Of a DNA stretch of 59,107 bases, positions 1 through 8,009 are shown piece after piece. A program made the position numbers and the translations under genes. The notes beneath the pieces were generated by a model, which was not told the DNA's origin, did not search any database, and saw nothing but the letters and a program-made list of their open reading frames with translations. Origin of the DNA: a virus (Duplodnaviria > Caudoviricetes); the IMG/VR virus record IMGVR_UViG_3300020453_000595, positions 1 to 59,107 of that record; one strand, 5' to 3'. Position 1 is the first letter of the stretch. Each line of letters opens with the position of its first letter.

Positions 1-479
1 TTTTTCACAGCAATTGCCAGTGGGCCATCATCGCCAGTTACTTGACCAGCCATCCGCAGCCCTTCTTCTTTGACTGGCGGTGGTGCAGTTGGTGCCTGCT
101 GGAACTGGCCGCCAGATGCCGGCGTAAAACTGCCAGGCAAGTGATTCTTATACGCGCCTGACGAATACACACTCCAGGCGCCAAGGCCCTGCGAATCATA
201 AATATCTTTTGCTGCCTTCATGTTTGTCAGCGGATCAAACAGTTGATCGTTTGACTGCAAGCCATACCTTCGACGCCGCTCAGCACCAAGCTGGTATCCA
301 GGCTCATCGAGCATGTTGACCTGCATCAGGCCATAGCTGTCGTCCGGATACCGGGGGTTATGAGCCATTGGGTTACCACCCGACTCAGCCAGGCTGATCG
401 CCGCAATGGTTGGCGACAAAGAGGAATCGAATCCTGCCTGCCTGGCAAGTAATTCGAGATCTTCAAATTTGAATGACAT
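1..479 (-). CDS. Lytic transglycosylase/lysozyme-like (SLT) domain protein, runs off the left window edge
   Basis: Hand translation MSFKFEDLELLARQAGF..AAISLAESGGNPMAHN..SYGLMQVN..LFDPLTNMKAAKDIY..GLGAWSVY shows the SLT motifs (catalytic ES, GLMQ). The ATG at 479 is coupled (TAATG) to the upstream stop. Absent from the ORF track because it is truncated. Confidence 0.85.
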   Translation of the reverse strand, partial: MSFKFEDLELLARQAGFDSSLSPTIAAISLAESGGNPMAHNPRYPDDSYGLMQVNMLDEPGYQLGAERRRRYGLQSNDQLFDPLTNMKAAKDIYDSQGLGAWSVYSSGAYKNHLPGSFTPASGGQFQQAPTAPPPVKEEGLRMAGQVTGDDGPLAIAVK

Positions 480-817
480 TACTCGTCAGTGCCGAGGACA
501 ATTTCGTCCATATCTATCTCCATTGTCGCATTTTCATAGAGGCTCTTCATATATTCAATCGTCTCATCTTCTGTTGGCTCGTAGCCAAATACTGCTTCTA
601 AATCCTCCAGCGATTCAGGAGCAGCTGGTGACCTGGCTTCATCCAGTCGGAATGAGAGCCCAGCTTGGCGACTGAATTCCATGAACGTTGCCTTTAGCTG
701 AAACCTCACCTCCCAAGACGCCAGCAAGGCTTCGATGAGTTCCTCTCGATTCAGCTCCTGGGCCTCGAGCTCCACTCGCCGCAAGATGAACTGCTGCTCT
801 TCCGTCAGTTGCTCCAT
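479..817 (-). CDS. nblA: NblA-like phycobilisome degradation adaptor with acidic C-terminal extension
   Basis: N-terminus MEQLTEEQQFILRRVELEAQELNREELIEALLASWEVRFQLKATF resembles the NblA pattern LSLEQQF-x-LR followed by two helices. ATG at 817 preferred over TTG at 832. Confidence 0.6.
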   Translation of the reverse strand: MEQLTEEQQFILRRVELEAQELNREELIEALLASWEVRFQLKATFMEFSRQAGLSFRLDEARSPAAPESLEDLEAVFGYEPTEDETIEYMKSLYENATMEIDMDEIVLGTDE

Positions 818-1190
818 GACACGCTTCTCCAATAGTCCAGTAAGTAGGAGCGGGTTGAATCCACGCTTCTATTTTTTTCGCACGCTGGGGACAGAAAAAG
901 TCAGTTCTCTGATACCAGACTAACCAGTCTTTTTCACTTCCCTTATCGTGATTGCACCGCTTACAGGCAGGAACCATATTGTTCCTGGCCCAGCGATCTC
1001 CACCCCATCGCCGTGGGATTACATGATCAAGGGTCATCTCCAAGAGATTCTCTTGTTCATCGTGTGATCTGCCGCAGTATGCGCAACAGCCCCATTCGTC
1101 TTTAATGCTTTGCCTGAAGCGCCTGACTGCTGCCCGTGGCTGAAGGTCAGCAAGAGTGATTAGATACCACTCAGGATGCTCAGGCGTCAT
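639..1190 (-). CDS. HNH endonuclease
   Basis: CAYCG..TLDHVIPRRWGG..NMVPACKRCNHDKG zinc-binding HNH motif. Confidence 0.9.
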   Translation of the reverse strand: MTPEHPEWYLITLADLQPRAAVRRFRQSIKDEWGCCAYCGRSHDEQENLLEMTLDHVIPRRWGGDRWARNNMVPACKRCNHDKGSEKDWLVWYQRTDFFCPQRAKKIEAWIQPAPTYWTIGEACHGATDGRAAVHLAASGARGPGAESRGTHRSLAGVLGGEVSAKGNVHGIQSPSWALIPTG

Positions 1191-1393
1191 AAGCCATCTT
1201 TAGCTTGAAGACACGCTAATTACGTTCGGTAGGGAACAAAAACATCAAGCTCCGGCTCTTTCTTAGCCTTGGAGCTTGTGATGAATTCTGCGAGGCGCCC
1301 ATTTGTCCAGCAAGCGCCTCGAGAGCCGGCTCACTTCGCTAAAAAGGCCGACCCCGGAAAAATAGCACTGTTTCACGCAGGGCGCAAGACATG

Positions 1394-1428
1394 AAAAAGC
1401 CCCCTGCTGTGTGAGAACCAGGGGGCTT
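1394..1428 (-). terminator. Rho-independent terminator downstream of the outer-membrane protein gene
   Basis: Minus strand AAGCCCCCTG-loop-CAGGGGGC followed by TTTTT. Confidence 0.8.
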
Positions 1429-1442
1429 CGCTTTAGACGGGA

Positions 1443-1808
1443 CTAGAAATTGTGTTTGATCCCGGTCTTAATCCCATAGGAGTTGTCCGAATCGCCAGTG
1501 ACGAACGACACTTCTCCATAGGCGCTGGTGCTTTCGCCCAGGGCCACGGATGCACCGGCCTTGCCGCTGAACTCAATCTCGCCGCTGCCAACTGAGGGCT
1601 GCAGGTAGGCAGGACCAGCCTGGGCGTAACCAGAGATGGTGGGAGTCAATGCGCCTTCGACGCCTACGTGCACCTCGTTAATCGCACCGCCGTGCGTGGA
1701 TCCCGTGAATCCGTCATTCCGCTCTGCGTTGATGTAGATAGGGCCGGCGACGGCGCTACCAGCGAGAGCGACGGTTGCAGCGGCTGCTGCGATGAAACTT
1801 TTGATCAT
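1443..1808 (-). CDS. Small outer-membrane beta-barrel protein (picocyanobacterial/cyanophage type)
   Basis: Signal peptide MIKSFIAAAAATVALAGSAVA, alternating amphipathic strands, C-terminal Phe (GIKHNF). Start trimmed to ATG 1808. Confidence 0.75.
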   Translation of the reverse strand: MIKSFIAAAAATVALAGSAVAGPIYINAERNDGFTGSTHGGAINEVHVGVEGALTPTISGYAQAGPAYLQPSVGSGEIEFSGKAGASVALGESTSAYGEVSFVTGDSDNSYGIKTGIKHNF

Positions 1809-1915
1809 GCTGTTGTAAGACTCAGCACGCAAAGAGTAGGAGCGTTCAGACGTTTTGCAACCTGTGGCGCGCAGATCAGTGGTCGCTACGTTCAGCGCCA
1901 CATCAGACGAACTGC

Positions 1916-2179
1916 ATGCCACGCCCTGCAACGCCAGCCTGCCAGCGCATGGTCACCCCCGCAGAGGCGCTCGAGATTCTGGGCATCTCCGAAAAGACCC
2001 TCCAGCGTTGGCGCCACAGCGACAGGCTCATGCGTGGCGTCCACTACGTCCAGTACGGACCTAAGACAATTCGATATGACGCTGACTGGCTCGAGCGCTT
2101 CAGAGCTACAGGTGGTCGCGGCTCACACAAGCTTGATGTCGCTAATCACCTGAACTCAATGAAGCAATTAGCTCCATAG
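1916..2179 (+). CDS. xis: Excisionase-like helix-turn-helix DNA-binding protein
   Basis: VTPAEALEILGISEKTLQRWR..GVHYVQYGPKTIRYD is a MerR/Xis winged-HTH pattern; adjacent and convergent to the integrase. Confidence 0.75.
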   Translation: MPRPATPACQRMVTPAEALEILGISEKTLQRWRHSDRLMRGVHYVQYGPKTIRYDADWLERFRATGGRGSHKLDVANHLNSMKQLAP

Positions 2180-3737
2180 CCAGCTTCTGCCTTTCGGACG
2201 AGGATAGGTTCTTGACCAGGTCATCGACGCCAGCCACTTTCTTGACCTTGTCCTGCTGGGGGAAGCTCAGCACACCGGAGTAGTGGTTTCTCATTGTGGT
2301 TTCGTTATCCCCAATCCAATAAGCGATCTGCCGCTGGCTGTACTCACCGATGCGGCACATCATGCTCACGTAGGTGTGGCGCAGGTTGTACGGACGGCGA
2401 TAGCGGACACCAGCCTCAGCGCATGCCCGCATGAAGTATCTGCGGAAGTTATGCCAGTCGTAAGGCAATCGGAAGTCATCCCCTGCCCCTGGTCCCTGGA
2501 ACACAAGACGCTTACGCCATTCCTTGTCTGCCAAGCAGTCGAGCTTCCTGGGCATTAGTGACTCAACGGCTTTCTTGAAGAGGTTTTCAAAACCAGGAAC
2601 AAAGGTGTTGAGCTCAGGCTGATGCTCCGTGCCGTTCTTGACACGCTTGAATCTCCTCTCAGGGTCAAGGTGCAAGCGGTGCTTTTTAAAGACCGCTAGC
2701 TCAAACAAAACCGGATCGCCCGTCAGGACAAATTCCTCGGCTCGAGCAACGTGGTAACCGAGCTGATGTCCTTCCCAAAGACCAAGGACGTGGTCCCAGC
2801 GCAGAGCTAACACTTCACCAGGCCTCGCTCCAGTCGCAAGCAAAATTGCAAACAAGGGAAAGTAAGGCTTCAGATAGTCATTCCTAAGAAATGCCTTGCA
2901 CAACGCTTCGGCTTCAGGCGGCGTGAAGGGCTGCGCTCGAGAATTCTCATCGCCGACCTTCTCCTCTTTGATGATTACTTCGACCTGCTTGCGCTCGGTA
3001 TTGATCGGATTGCCGCGACCCTCGCTGTCTTGAACGCCCCAGTGAATCCCAGGCCGAACACCTGAGGACTTTGGCTTTTTACTGGCTCGACTCAGCGCGG
3101 CCGACAACAGCGCATAGACACCACGCAAAGTGCTGTATTTGAAACCCTCAGCAATCCATGCCTGTGTCATTTGCATGGCGATGTCTTCATCCAGATCGCT
3201 GCATTCGATATGGCCAAAGACTTCGCCGTTCTTGCTGCGCATGCCCAGCAGCTTGAAAGCTTGATCGCCGTAAGTGTCTTTCTGGTTCTCGGAGCCAAGA
3301 GCCTGCTGGATGTGCCAACGCAGGGCAAAGCCAAGCGTGCCAAATGGATATGTCTTTGAAACCTTGGGTCGGTTGGTGTGATCAGCCCTTAACTCCCCCA
3401 TCCAGTACCCGTCTTGCATGCCTTCAAGGATTCCCTGGAAGGTCATGAACTTCTCGGGGTACTGCTTTAGGAACGCCAGCGCATCTTCCTTGCTGGTGAT
3501 ATCTCGCGGGCAGTTGATGCCAAGGCTCTGGCAAACGATCGCACGATCGCGTGAGTAGTCCCTCGCCCGGATACGAAAGCCACGGTTGTTGCTTTCAACC
3601 TCGATAGCAAGCGAACGCTTACGTCCATTGCGTGGCGGCAAGTCGACCTTGTGAATTACTCCTGCAGCAGGTGCCATGAGCGTCGTCCAGTTAGGTGCAA
3701 TCACCTCCACCGGTTTGACCTTGTCCGATAGCCCCAT
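2142..3737 (-). CDS. int: Tyrosine recombinase / phage integrase
   Basis: LLATGARPGEVLALRW (catalytic R), YNLRHT (HxxR box with Y for H), C-terminal RNHY (catalytic Y). Confidence 0.92.
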   Translation of the reverse strand: MGLSDKVKPVEVIAPNWTTLMAPAAGVIHKVDLPPRNGRKRSLAIEVESNNRGFRIRARDYSRDRAIVCQSLGINCPRDITSKEDALAFLKQYPEKFMTFQGILEGMQDGYWMGELRADHTNRPKVSKTYPFGTLGFALRWHIQQALGSENQKDTYGDQAFKLLGMRSKNGEVFGHIECSDLDEDIAMQMTQAWIAEGFKYSTLRGVYALLSAALSRASKKPKSSGVRPGIHWGVQDSEGRGNPINTERKQVEVIIKEEKVGDENSRAQPFTPPEAEALCKAFLRNDYLKPYFPLFAILLATGARPGEVLALRWDHVLGLWEGHQLGYHVARAEEFVLTGDPVLFELAVFKKHRLHLDPERRFKRVKNGTEHQPELNTFVPGFENLFKKAVESLMPRKLDCLADKEWRKRLVFQGPGAGDDFRLPYDWHNFRRYFMRACAEAGVRYRRPYNLRHTYVSMMCRIGEYSQRQIAYWIGDNETTMRNHYSGVLSFPQQDKVKKVAGVDDLVKNLSSSERQKLAMELIASLSSGD

Positions 3738-3780
3738 AACCCCGAAATCGAAGGAACGGGGGGCGGTAGTCAGTGGTGGA

Positions 3781-3970
3781 AGTTGACCGGAGATGACCCG
3801 ATTTGACCGGATCTTTTCTACCAGTGAACCTTTGAGAACCCTTGCAATGACTGGAATTTAGCGACTGTGCGCGTAAAATGCCATTTTAGTGACAACCCAG
3901 TCAGGGCAACGAATCTCAGAGGCTTCTACCAGTTTCTACCAGTTGACACTTAAGGAGTCAAGTCACTGCA
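3781..3970. repeat. attP-like region with direct and inverted repeats
   Basis: AnnTGACCsG x3 at 3781-3810; TTCTACCAGT at 3816, 3924 and 3934; imperfect inverted pair at about 3834-3859 and 3894-3918; lies between int and the tRNA. Confidence 0.6.
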
Positions 3971-4037
3971 AACAACCCCTGGCTCAGCTCAGGGGTGCCG
4001 TTGTATAGTCCTCCGGTGCTCACGAGCACACCCGAAA

Positions 4038-4110
4038 GGGGCCTTGGCACAGTTGGTAGCGCGCCTGCATGGCATGCAGGAGGACAGGAGTTCGAATCTC
4101 CTAGGCTCCA
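4038..4110 (+). tRNA. tRNA-Ala(GGC)
   Basis: Acceptor GGGGCCT/AGGCTCC-A, anticodon arm CCTGC-ATGGCAT-GCAGG, T arm AGGAG-TTCGAAT-CTCCT; one D-stem mismatch; no encoded CCA. Confidence 0.93.
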
Positions 4111-4112
4111 TT

Positions 4113-4304
4113 TCAAGACCACGGCCAGGAGAGTTCAACGTCTCCTCGCCATACGTCTTCGTCAATAGGCGTCCGTGCGACGTGCTTACGGAAGCTCTCC
4201 TGCAGCTCTTCGAGCGAGCAGCCGACGTCAGCAGCGGCGTGGGCAACGTTCGACTTGCCACGAAAGCAGAGGTCAATGGCCTCCTCGATAGTTAAAGCTG
4301 TCAA
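4113..4304 (-). CDS. Hypothetical phage protein
   Basis: 63 aa ORF; TTG start overlaps the upstream stop (TTGA). Confidence 0.6.
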   Translation of the reverse strand: MTALTIEEAIDLCFRGKSNVAHAAADVGCSLEELQESFRKHVARTPIDEDVWRGDVELSWPWS

Positions 4305-4375
4305 CGATCGAAAGGATTTTCAAATGCAATGATGAAGGCGATCAGCACCCATCCGAATACAACGAAGAACCACAT
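4301..4375 (-). CDS. Small hydrophobic peptide (24 aa)
   Basis: MWFFVVFGWVLIAFIIAFENPFDR; start/stop coupled to neighbours on both sides. Confidence 0.5.
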   Translation of the reverse strand: MWFFVVFGWVLIAFIIAFENPFDR

Positions 4376-4503
4376 CAGTAACGATCAGGCATCAGTCGGG
4401 ACAGCAAGGAAACGAGCCTTGAACGATCTTCCCTGGGCATCAATGCACCTTCCGTTTCAGCTCGTTTCATGAGCTGATGTAGCTCTGCAGTTTGGTTACT
4501 CAT
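4375..4503 (-). CDS. Small hypothetical protein (42 aa)
   Basis: MSNQTAELHQLMKRAE..; TGATG coupling to the next ORF. Confidence 0.5.
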   Translation of the reverse strand: MSNQTAELHQLMKRAETEGALMPREDRSRLVSLLSRLMPDRY

Positions 4504-4531
4504 CCATTGAGCTTTGCTCTACTAAACGTAA

Positions 4532-4660
4532 CTATTCAGCCAGCTTTTTGTGTGCCTTGTCGGCCTTTTTAATGAGCTTTTTTGCTTCTTCTCTAGACTG
4601 ACAGGCATCAGCCAAAACAGCTAGTTTTAGTAGCTTTTGATGCTGTTTTGATGGATTCAT
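4532..4660 (-). CDS. Small basic hypothetical protein (42 aa)
   Basis: MNPSKQHQKLLKLAVLADACQSREEAKKLIKKADKAHKKLAE; fills the gap in the operon. Confidence 0.6.
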   Translation of the reverse strand: MNPSKQHQKLLKLAVLADACQSREEAKKLIKKADKAHKKLAE

Positions 4661-4663
4661 AGA

Positions 4664-4951
4664 TCACCAGGAATAGTTGCAAGACCAATAACCGGGTGTG
4701 GTTTTATCTTTTTTCTCATCACAATTGTGACGAGCTTTAAAGTTTGCACGGCGCTTGGCATCACCGTGGCCGGAGCCTTTCTTGCCGCCCTCTGAGTGGT
4801 GCTCCATGTTCGGGTCACCAAAGCGGACGATCTTGTCCTTGCCGTTCTTGTCTTTGACTAGGACAGCGAACTTCTTATTTCCGCCTTTCGTTTTCTTCGG
4901 CTTGTTGTAGCCGTCGAAGACTTCTCCCGCATAACGAATTGTCTTGCTCAT
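4664..4951 (-). CDS. Conserved basic phage protein (DUF5754-like)
   Basis: KKFAVLVK..IVRFGDPNM..RRANFKARH..PGYWSC motif. Confidence 0.7.
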   Translation of the reverse strand: MSKTIRYAGEVFDGYNKPKKTKGGNKKFAVLVKDKNGKDKIVRFGDPNMEHHSEGGKKGSGHGDAKRRANFKARHNCDEKKDKTTPGYWSCNYSW

Positions 4952-5154
4952 GACTTACTCCTGTAAGCAGTAGCCCGCTTGCGTGCACGAGCAGCGGCCT
5001 CGGTGTTCTTCACCTGGTGGTTGACGGGCTTGCCCTTCGACTCACGCTTCTTCTTGTCGTCAGTCGCCTTGCGCTCTTCCTTGCTCATCGAAGCCCAGGC
5101 AGCTTTCGGCAGATACCGCTCGGTCCTGCCTTTCTCTCTTGCTCGATCAGCCAT
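4948..5154 (-). CDS. Basic phage protein resembling the C-terminal half of DUF5872-like proteins
   Basis: ERYLPKAAWASMSKEERKATDDKKKRESKG. Confidence 0.65.
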   Translation of the reverse strand: MADRAREKGRTERYLPKAAWASMSKEERKATDDKKKRESKGKPVNHQVKNTEAAARARKRATAYRSKS

Positions 5155-5323
5155 TGGTCAACCTCCGAACCACCTCAAGTGCCTCCTGACGGCTCATTGG
5201 AGGCGCCCCCTCAGGAGGATTGATCATGGTTGCCGCCATAAAGGCATCGGGGAAAGTCAAGCCTTCAGCCATAAGGCTGTCAATTTGCTTCTCAAGAAGC
5301 CGGCCCGCCATTCGATCAGCCAT
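5147..5323 (-). CDS. Hypothetical protein (58 aa)
   Basis: MADRMAGRLLEKQ.., hand translated; GGAG RBS; overlaps both neighbours by 8 bp. Confidence 0.55.
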   Translation of the reverse strand: MADRMAGRLLEKQIDSLMAEGLTFPDAFMAATMINPPEGAPPMSRQEALEVVRRLTNG

Positions 5324-5426
5324 GAAGCTCCTCCTCTTCGAACAGAGGGCATGGCTCCTCGAAGAGCATGGCGGTCCTCATCTCACGAACGCGGGCCAAT
5401 AGTTCCTCGAAGTCCTGCTCTGTCAT
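5316..5426 (-). CDS. Small acidic hypothetical protein (36 aa)
   Basis: MTEQDFEELLARVREMRTAMLFEEPC..; ATGA coupling. Confidence 0.55.
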   Translation of the reverse strand: MTEQDFEELLARVREMRTAMLFEEPCPLFEEEELHG

Positions 5427-5656
5427 TTCTTTTTCTTCTCGTACTCCTCTTTGGTCTGCCAGTCCTCTTTGCTCCACTTAGAGAGCTTGTTGTCCTTGGA
5501 CTTCTTGCCCTCGTACGTCCCCCCGGCGTCTTTGTAGTACTTGGTGGCGAGCTGCATAGCTCGAGCCGAGTGGCCGCCCATCTTCTTGCGAGCCCTGGCT
5601 TTTGCCCTGGCCCACTTTTCTGGATCTCGCTTTTTCGCAGTTCCGTCAGCCATCAA
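5423..5656 (-). CDS. Basic phage protein resembling the N-terminal half of DUF5872-like proteins
   Basis: SARAMQLATKYYKDAGGTY..LSKWSKEDWQTKE. Confidence 0.65.
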   Translation of the reverse strand: MMADGTAKKRDPEKWARAKARARKKMGGHSARAMQLATKYYKDAGGTYEGKKSKDNKLSKWSKEDWQTKEEYEKKKK

Positions 5657-6315
5657 ACACCTCTCAGCGTTGGACCTGGCAGGTACATCTTTCTGATTTT
5701 TTCGGCGTCATCCGGATATGCATTCATGAGCCGGTTGACATCGCCTGGCGTCAGGTCACGACGTTTCCGGCGAGCATCACCGCTTCTTCCGGTGATATCA
5801 AATGATGGATTACCAGCCACATACTCTGTGGCTCGGTTCATATCGTCACGCTTCTCTTGTTGCTCTCGAAAAAGGCGTCCGGGTTCACCGCCTTCGCCGA
5901 ACCTGAGAAGCTCCCGAAGATAAGCGCCATCGGCGACATTTTCTCCGTCTTCCAGCTGGATGACTTCAGCCTTGTCCCGCTCGGGCACGAACTCCATAGT
6001 CCGAGCCTCCGCAGTATCCCGTCCAGGGACAAACTCCATCGTCCGAAGCTGAGGCTCGATGGCACGGCCCATAGCTTTCAGCATGCCCTCGGCGATCCGG
6101 ACATCCATGCCCTGGTCCTGAGGCATACCCTGGGCAGCCTTCCCCATATAAACGACGACGTCCGGCTCAAGGTCCAGACCTTGGCCAGCCATCCGTCCAC
6201 CCCCAAAGGGTGAGATATCGGTATAAGTAGGCTGATTTGTCATCTCGTTGTAATTGACGCCATAAAGGCGACCATTACGAAATACACGATCGTGATATGG
6301 ATCTACCAAAGACAT
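5653..6315 (-). CDS. Hypothetical protein
   Basis: 220 aa ORF with an internal RTMEFVP duplication; TAGAAT -10 box at 6343-6348. Confidence 0.7.
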   Translation of the reverse strand: MSLVDPYHDRVFRNGRLYGVNYNEMTNQPTYTDISPFGGGRMAGQGLDLEPDVVVYMGKAAQGMPQDQGMDVRIAEGMLKAMGRAIEPQLRTMEFVPGRDTAEARTMEFVPERDKAEVIQLEDGENVADGAYLRELLRFGEGGEPGRLFREQQEKRDDMNRATEYVAGNPSFDITGRSGDARRKRRDLTPGDVNRLMNAYPDDAEKIRKMYLPGPTLRGV

Positions 6316-6345
6316 CGCAAATAGAGCCTTTTTATATGGTCAATT

Positions 6346-6567
6346 CTAGAGTTTTTCACTATTCAATCCTTGCTCCAATACAGGTCTTAAGTGCTCTGCA
6401 ATTGGATAGTGGCGCAACAAAGCCCTCGCTTCACGCCTGACTTCACGAGGGATTCTTGGCGTCTCTTTGGTGTTGATGAGACGCAACAAGAAATCTCGAG
6501 TTGCCACCACAGCAGACACCTGCTGCGATGGGCTCGAGATCATCCGCCTGGGACGATCAGTCGACAT
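6346..6567 (-). CDS. BPSL0761-like small protein
   Basis: TRDFLLRL..TPRIPREVRREARALLRHYP motif; start trimmed to ATG 6567. Confidence 0.65.
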   Translation of the reverse strand: MSTDRPRRMISSPSQQVSAVVATRDFLLRLINTKETPRIPREVRREARALLRHYPIAEHLRPVLEQGLNSEKL

Positions 6568-6775
6568 AGACACTGATGATGTCCATGGTTTCGTGGAAAC
6601 AGGCGGTCTGCTCATCAACCGCTTCTTTGCCAATCTCTTTGCAGTGCTGCTCGTATAAGCCGGTGTAGGTCCCAAGCAGTCCGGGCTCGGCTTCATCCCG
6701 CTTGTAGAGCTTGTACAAGTAATCCATGTAGTCAGCCTTGTTCTGATCCTGCTGACACTGAGGTGACGTCCGCAT
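6557..6775 (-). CDS. Hypothetical cyanophage protein
   Basis: 72 aa ORF, YMDYLY..GTYTGLY. Confidence 0.65.
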   Translation of the reverse strand: MRTSPQCQQDQNKADYMDYLYKLYKRDEAEPGLLGTYTGLYEQHCKEIGKEAVDEQTACFHETMDIISVYVD

Positions 6776-6876
6776 TGCTGCCGTTCTTCGCCTTGCAAGC
6801 CTAGGCAGCTAATTCGCGCGCCACAGCGTGCAGTGAGAGAAAATTCCGGCCAAAATAGTTCAGTAGCGAGAGGCAC

Positions 6877-7038
6877 ATGGCCAAGCCCAACTCCGACGAG
6901 ATCCAGGAGTTCTTCAAGTCCTGGTGGCTCAGTAATTACATGGTCCCCCTAAATAAGACGCCTATGGGGATGCTGGAATTTATGAGCGCGTTCTACGACA
7001 AGTACTGCACTGAATCTGAAGAATCTTCAGATTCTTAG
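6877..7038 (+). CDS. Small hypothetical protein (53 aa)
   Basis: MAKPNSDEIQEFFKSWW.., GAGG RBS; hand translated. Confidence 0.55.
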   Translation: MAKPNSDEIQEFFKSWWLSNYMVPLNKTPMGMLEFMSAFYDKYCTESEESSDS

Positions 7039-7063
7039 AATTCAAGGGAATGCAGTTCCCTTT

Positions 7064-7207
7064 ATGAGTAGCGAAACACTTGCGTTAATCGCAATCATTG
7101 TCGCTGCAGCCTCTGAGTGCATTGCACTCAATCCGAAGCTGCGCAGCAACAGCGTCATCCAGCTACTCCTTGCTGGACTTAGCTCTGCATTCCCCAAGAA
7201 AAAATGA
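7064..7207 (+). CDS. Small membrane protein, holin-like
   Basis: MSSETLALIAIIVAAASECIALNPKLRSNSVIQLLLAGLSSAFPKKK: two hydrophobic segments and a basic tail; ATGA coupling. Confidence 0.6.
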   Translation: MSSETLALIAIIVAAASECIALNPKLRSNSVIQLLLAGLSSAFPKKK

Positions 7208-7494
7208 CCTTCCCCGAAGACAAATCAGGGGAGATCACCCCTAAGAAAAAGGGAGAGAACAAGTTCGAGTGGGCCGATGAAGGCGTCTCGACTCTTGTTC
7301 GAGTGATCATTCTGGGTTGGGCAGGTGCAATCCTGACGCTGAACTATGTGACTATCCCTGGTATTCCTCAGAAGAATATCGATCCAACTTTCATAGCCAG
7401 CGTGTTTACGGGGACCCTTGCGACGTTCGGGGTTGTCCCCGCAAAGAAGAAGGACGATAACGCCAAGGACGACGACAAAAATTCCAAGGCCTGA
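7204..7494 (+). CDS. Two-TM membrane protein (conserved cyanophage hypothetical)
   Basis: Two hydrophobic segments, IDPTFIASVFTGTLATFGV. Confidence 0.75.
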   Translation: MTFPEDKSGEITPKKKGENKFEWADEGVSTLVRVIILGWAGAILTLNYVTIPGIPQKNIDPTFIASVFTGTLATFGVVPAKKKDDNAKDDDKNSKA

Positions 7495-7496
7495 AC

Positions 7497-8009
7497 ATGA
7501 AAAGACTCATCGGCGCTGCAGTGGCCGCAACACTGTTGGCAGCACCAGCACAAGCCGACATCATTCACCGCATCTCTAGCAGTGTGCAACTGAATGTTGA
7601 GAGTGCTGCCTCTAATGCAACAAGAGTTCCCTCGGTCTACTCAGTGAGCGGGACGAACTTGACGACAACGGATGGGACAACTTCAGGAAACATCGGTCGC
7701 CTTGCGGCATTCTCTGCTGGCACAGCTCCTGGCTTTACTGGCACTACCGCCAGCGTGAAAGTTGCCGGAGAAGACTTTAGTTTTGCTGAGTCATACATCG
7801 AGGGTGACAAGCCTCATACCGGAAGTACTGTTTCTTCCGGCGTAATTAGCACCCTCCCAGTAATGGGCTCGACGATTACTTCGTCTGGGGGCGTTGCGGG
7901 GTCTTTGGCCGGCACAGTGGGAACCGACGGGGCACTCACCATCACGGCAGGGGGAGCTGGCACAACTGCCACGGGTCAGCACGTTTCGGAGCTAAGTATC
8001 TTCAACTGA
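7497..8009 (+). CDS. Signal-peptide-bearing conserved cyanophage protein
   Basis: Signal peptide ..[18 protein letters not shown]; S/T/G-rich. Confidence 0.8.
   Translation: MKRLIGAAVAATLLAAPAQADIIHRISSSVQLNVESAASNATRVPSVYSVSGTNLTTTDGTTSGNIGRLAAFSAGTAPGFTGTTASVKVAGEDFSFAESYIEGDKPHTGSTVSSGVISTLPVMGSTITSSGGVAGSLAGTVGTDGALTITAGGAGTTATGQHVSELSIFN

Noticed and set aside
4038-4110. tRNA as a prophage/host boundary
   Set aside because: Phage-type genes lie on both sides and no second att copy or host genes were seen.
3989-4295. ORFs overlapping the tRNA
   Set aside because: They are translations of the tRNA sequence and of the 4113-4304 gene region.
4979-5923. 314-aa + strand ORF
   Set aside because: Antisense to a chain of coupled small minus-strand genes.
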